From: Wolbachia endosymbiont of Dirofilaria (Dirofilaria) immitis
Lineage (GTDB): Bacteria > Pseudomonadota > Alphaproteobacteria > Rickettsiales > Anaplasmataceae
DNA length: 32,000 nucleotides
Assembly (NCBI RefSeq): GCF_013365455.1
Contig: NZ_CP046578.1
Location: forward strand, 210,001 to 242,000
Reading direction: 5' to 3'
Positions 29,358 through 32,000 of this stretch are shown piece after piece (the first letter of the stretch is position 1; every line of letters begins with the position of its first letter). Under the pieces are notes generated by a model. It was not told the DNA's origin and searched no databases. It saw nothing but the letters and a program-made list of their open reading frames with translations. A program made the translations under genes and the position numbers.

Positions 29358-29954
29358 ATGACTATAAGAGATGATGGTATATTATTAGTTTTATCTTCTC
29401 CTTCTGGAACTGGAAAAACTACTATACTAGAGAAGTTGCTTGATCAATCAACTAACTTAGTTAGGTCTGTTTCTGTAACTACGCGTAAACCTCGTTCTGG
29501 TGAAATAAATGGAAAAGACTATTTTTTTGTTACGGAGGAGAGGTTTCACGAGTTATGCGAAGCTGGTCAAATGCTTGAATACGCTAAGGTTTTTGAAAAT
29601 TTCTATGGTATACCAAAAGATTTTATAAAGCAAAATCTAAGCAGTGGGGTAAGTGTTTTACTTAGTATAGATTGGCAAGGAGCGTTTCATTTATTTAAAC
29701 TTATGAGAGAAAAAGTTGTGAGCGTTTTTATACTTCCTCCTTCGATGGAAGAGCTTAGGCTGCGTTTGCGAAAACGTAATGCTGATACTATAGATGAAAT
29801 AGAGTATAGACTAGCTGAAGCTCAAAAAGAGATGAGTAAACGAAGTGAATATGATTATATAATAATCAATAATGATATTGATAGAAGTGTGGAAGAGGTA
29901 AATTCTATATTGAAGAAAGAAAAGCTTAGAAGATCGAAAAAGAGGCTAAGCTAG
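29358..29954 (+). CDS. gmk: guanylate kinase
   Basis: 198 aa with P-loop SSPSGTGKTT and TTRKPRSGEINGKDYFF (GMP-binding). Confidence 0.95.
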   Translation: MTIRDDGILLVLSSPSGTGKTTILEKLLDQSTNLVRSVSVTTRKPRSGEINGKDYFFVTEERFHELCEAGQMLEYAKVFENFYGIPKDFIKQNLSSGVSVLLSIDWQGAFHLFKLMREKVVSVFILPPSMEELRLRLRKRNADTIDEIEYRLAEAQKEMSKRSEYDYIIINNDIDRSVEEVNSILKKEKLRRSKKRLS

Positions 29955-29979
29955 CAGGTTTATTAAATATATTTTTTAG

Positions 29980-30363
29980 TTAATCTTCAATGTTATATAT
30001 ATTCTTTTCTTTTTCTAATTTCTCTTGCTCTTCAATACAATATATAGCTAGCGGATTGGCTTTAAGTCTTTCAGCTCCTATTTCTTCTCCTGTTCCTTCA
30101 CAATAGCCGTAGGTACCCAACTTTATTTTTTTTAATGCCTCCTTGATTCTTTCTTTTCTCTCTTTTCTGCGCTTAATTAATTTTTCGTTTCCACTATCTT
30201 CATCAGTATGGTATACACTTTCTTCTAATTCTTGCTTCTCCATTTCAGCAAGCATTGATTGTAACTTTAAACTGAAATATTCCAACTGCTTCACGTTCAT
30301 GTATTCTTCGTCCTCTGAAGGAATATAATCTTCTGGTAATTTTATTTTTGGTAACTCTTTCAT
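29980..30363 (-). CDS. dksA: DksA/TraR-family protein with degenerate zinc finger
   Basis: 127 aa with EEYMNVKQLEYF and a C-terminal YGYCEGTGEEIGAERLKANPLAIYCIEE. Spacing is identical to the DksA C4 finger, but positions 2 and 4 are Thr and Glu. Confidence 0.75.
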   Translation of the reverse strand: MKELPKIKLPEDYIPSEDEEYMNVKQLEYFSLKLQSMLAEMEKQELEESVYHTDEDSGNEKLIKRRKERKERIKEALKKIKLGTYGYCEGTGEEIGAERLKANPLAIYCIEEQEKLEKEKNIYNIED

Positions 30364-30469
30364 AATTATATTATTTATTAAATAATAAAATTTGTATAAT
30401 TTATGAATAAGAAATTATACTATCTCAAAGTAAACATCATAATTTATAATAAATATTTAAAAGCCTAAT

Positions 30470-31117
30470 ATGATCAGTTCAATAAAAAAGTTGGTGATAA
30501 GTAATAGTGATTTTATCTATATAATATGTACATTTATTGTTATGTTAAGCTTATCTTCATTTACACTTGGAAATAACAGTGAACAAGAAATCATGTTGGC
30601 ATTAATATGGATATGTGCTACATTTGCTCTGCAAATTTCTACAGGTAATTTATTTGCTTCTGATTACCATGATGGAATATTGGAACAAATTTTCATACAG
30701 CCACTTTCCTCTAAGTTTATCATTGCTTATAAGATTTTTGCTCACTGGATATTGTTTGGGGTACCGATTTCAGTAATTTCCTCCATATTTAATTTTGTAA
30801 TTCTAGATAATGGTATTGAATATTCAATAATAACTGGTTTATCTTTATTACTCAATATGTTAATAGTAATTAACATTTCAGCTACTGGAAGTGCATTAAT
30901 GATTGGTCGAAATAACTTAACATCAGGAATGCCACAAATTCTTGTTTTGCCAGTTATAATGCCAGCTTTTGTGTACTTTAAATTACTGATTCAGTTTGAA
31001 GGTTTATCTTTGAATGCTCATATATTACTTATTACTGCTTTAGTTTTTACCATTCTGTTGGTTAATAGTGCTATAGCTACCCATATGGCATTAAAATTTG
31101 CTGTAGAGCAGGATTAG
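30470..31117 (+). CDS. ccmB: heme exporter protein B (cytochrome c maturation ABC permease)
   Basis: 215-aa six-TM protein with the CcmB signature region LFASDYHDGILEQIFIQPLS. Confidence 0.85.
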   Translation: MISSIKKLVISNSDFIYIICTFIVMLSLSSFTLGNNSEQEIMLALIWICATFALQISTGNLFASDYHDGILEQIFIQPLSSKFIIAYKIFAHWILFGVPISVISSIFNFVILDNGIEYSIITGLSLLLNMLIVINISATGSALMIGRNNLTSGMPQILVLPVIMPAFVYFKLLIQFEGLSLNAHILLITALVFTILLVNSAIATHMALKFAVEQD

Positions 31118-31128
31118 GAAGCTTGTTG

Positions 31129-31785
31129 TTACTCTATAGAAGGTCCACTACTGGTAAAGTCTAAACTTATTAAATATATTTCTGTAGATTCAGATCTGCT
31201 TGATCTTGGTTTGAAGTATTTTGCTGTTTTAAACATTTTTTTTAACTCATTACAAAAATCCCTATCAGATTCTCCTTGGAAGATTTTTACTACAAACTTA
31301 CCACCATAATTTAGGAAATGCTTTGCAAGGTTCAGTGCTGCTTTGCATAAAAGCATAATTCTGATATGGTCCAATGATTTTATGCCACAAGATTTTGGAG
31401 CCATATCAGATAAAATTACGTCAAACTTCTGACCTTTAAATTTTTCCTTTAAAATTTCAAGATCGTTTATAATATCGTATTGCATATGTTCCACTCCATT
31501 GATTAAATTTACTGGCCTTATGTCAATTGCAACTACATTAGCTCCTTTCTGAGATGCAACTTGTGACCACCCACCAGGAGAAGCACCAAGATCAATAATT
31601 TTTTGCCCTTTTTGGAATAATTTAAACTTATTATCTATTTCTATCAACTTATATGCTGAGCGCGACCTGTAACCATCCTTACTAGTTTTTTGTACATACT
31701 TATCATTTAAATGACGATATAACCACCTAGTTGAAGATAATTTTCGACCTCTAGCTGTCTTTATTCTAGTTTTTATTGTTGATAC
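31129..31785 (-). CDS. rlmE: 23S rRNA 2'-O-ribose U2552 methyltransferase RlmE/FtsJ (5' end unresolved)
   Basis: The ORF track gives 31129..31647 from an internal TTG, with SAM motif DLGASPGGWSQV and DVILSDMAP. The same frame stays open upstream to 31794 and encodes the conserved RlmE N-terminus (TARGRKLSSTRWLYRHLNDKYVQKTSKDGYRSRSAYKL). It contains no ATG, GTG or TTG, so the upper coordinate is approximate. Confidence 0.8.
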   Translation of the reverse strand, partial: VSTIKTRIKTARGRKLSSTRWLYRHLNDKYVQKTSKDGYRSRSAYKLIEIDNKFKLFQKGQKIIDLGASPGGWSQVASQKGANVVAIDIRPVNLINGVEHMQYDIINDLEILKEKFKGQKFDVILSDMAPKSCGIKSLDHIRIMLLCKAALNLAKHFLNYGGKFVVKIFQGESDRDFCNELKKMFKTAKYFKPRSSRSESTEIYLISLDFTSSGPSIE

Positions 31786-32000
31786 CTGTAAGAATCACTT
31801 TATTGATTATAACTTTTAGCTCTTTTTTGACTACTTCTTTCGCTAGTGTATACAAGTACTTATTTAGTTATTCTAGTAACTTGGGTTTTAGAAGAGATAT
31901 AACTTATAACTCTTTAATGTTAGGTTTGTTTTGCTACTTTTTAAGTAGCTCTTTAATCTCTTCTATATTAAAACTAACCAGTTATTATTTTGTGCTTGTG

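Noticed and set aside
1-32000. Search for CRISPR arrays, IS elements or transposases, integrases, toxin-antitoxin pairs or known defence genes
   Set aside because: None found. There are no regularly spaced repeats, no terminal inverted repeats flanking ORFs, and every sizeable ORF is accounted for by housekeeping or repeat-protein calls.

Overview
AT-rich window (about 30% GC by eye, not computed) with the gene content and scattered operon layout of an obligate intracellular alphaproteobacterium, order Rickettsiales. It looks Anaplasmataceae-like (Wolbachia or Ehrlichia type); I cannot tell which without a database search. I support 26 protein genes and 3 tRNAs. The proteins are mostly core housekeeping: F0 ATP synthase a/c/b'/b, leuS, an NlpD-like lipoprotein, dsbB, der, ftsA, def, family-4 UDG, guaB, nuoG-nuoH, rnd, coaE, a nitronate-monooxygenase-family flavoprotein, coq7, ppa, gmk, a dksA-like gene, ccmB and rlmE. 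The tRNAs are Thr-UGU, Asn-GUU and Ser-GCU. I saw no rRNA, CRISPR, IS or phage genes, or recognisable defence genes. About a quarter of the window (roughly 7.7 kb) has no ORF of 60 aa or more on either strand. This includes gaps of 1.5, 1.0, 0.85 and 0.8 kb, which is typical of a decaying endosymbiont genome. I found no clear multi-gene novel system. The only non-housekeeping block is a same-strand pair just downstream of tRNA-Ser: an ankyrin-repeat protein (385 aa) and a very long pentapeptide-repeat protein (603 aa), both with Sec-type signal peptides. This pair is the best candidate for an undescribed exported or host-interaction module. Two housekeeping genes carry lesions that look like one extra A in a coding-strand poly(A) run. 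coaE is split at an A8 tract, and the conserved N-terminus of rlmE has no start codon unless an A5 run is shortened. These could be real decay, slippage-rescued genes, or homopolymer assembly errors. Other points of interest are a LytM domain lacking all zinc ligands, a DksA-like protein keeping only 2 of 4 zinc-finger cysteines, a CxxCxxxC cluster in the flavoprotein, and a small basic ORF with a strong Shine-Dalgarno (SD) site just upstream of nuoG.
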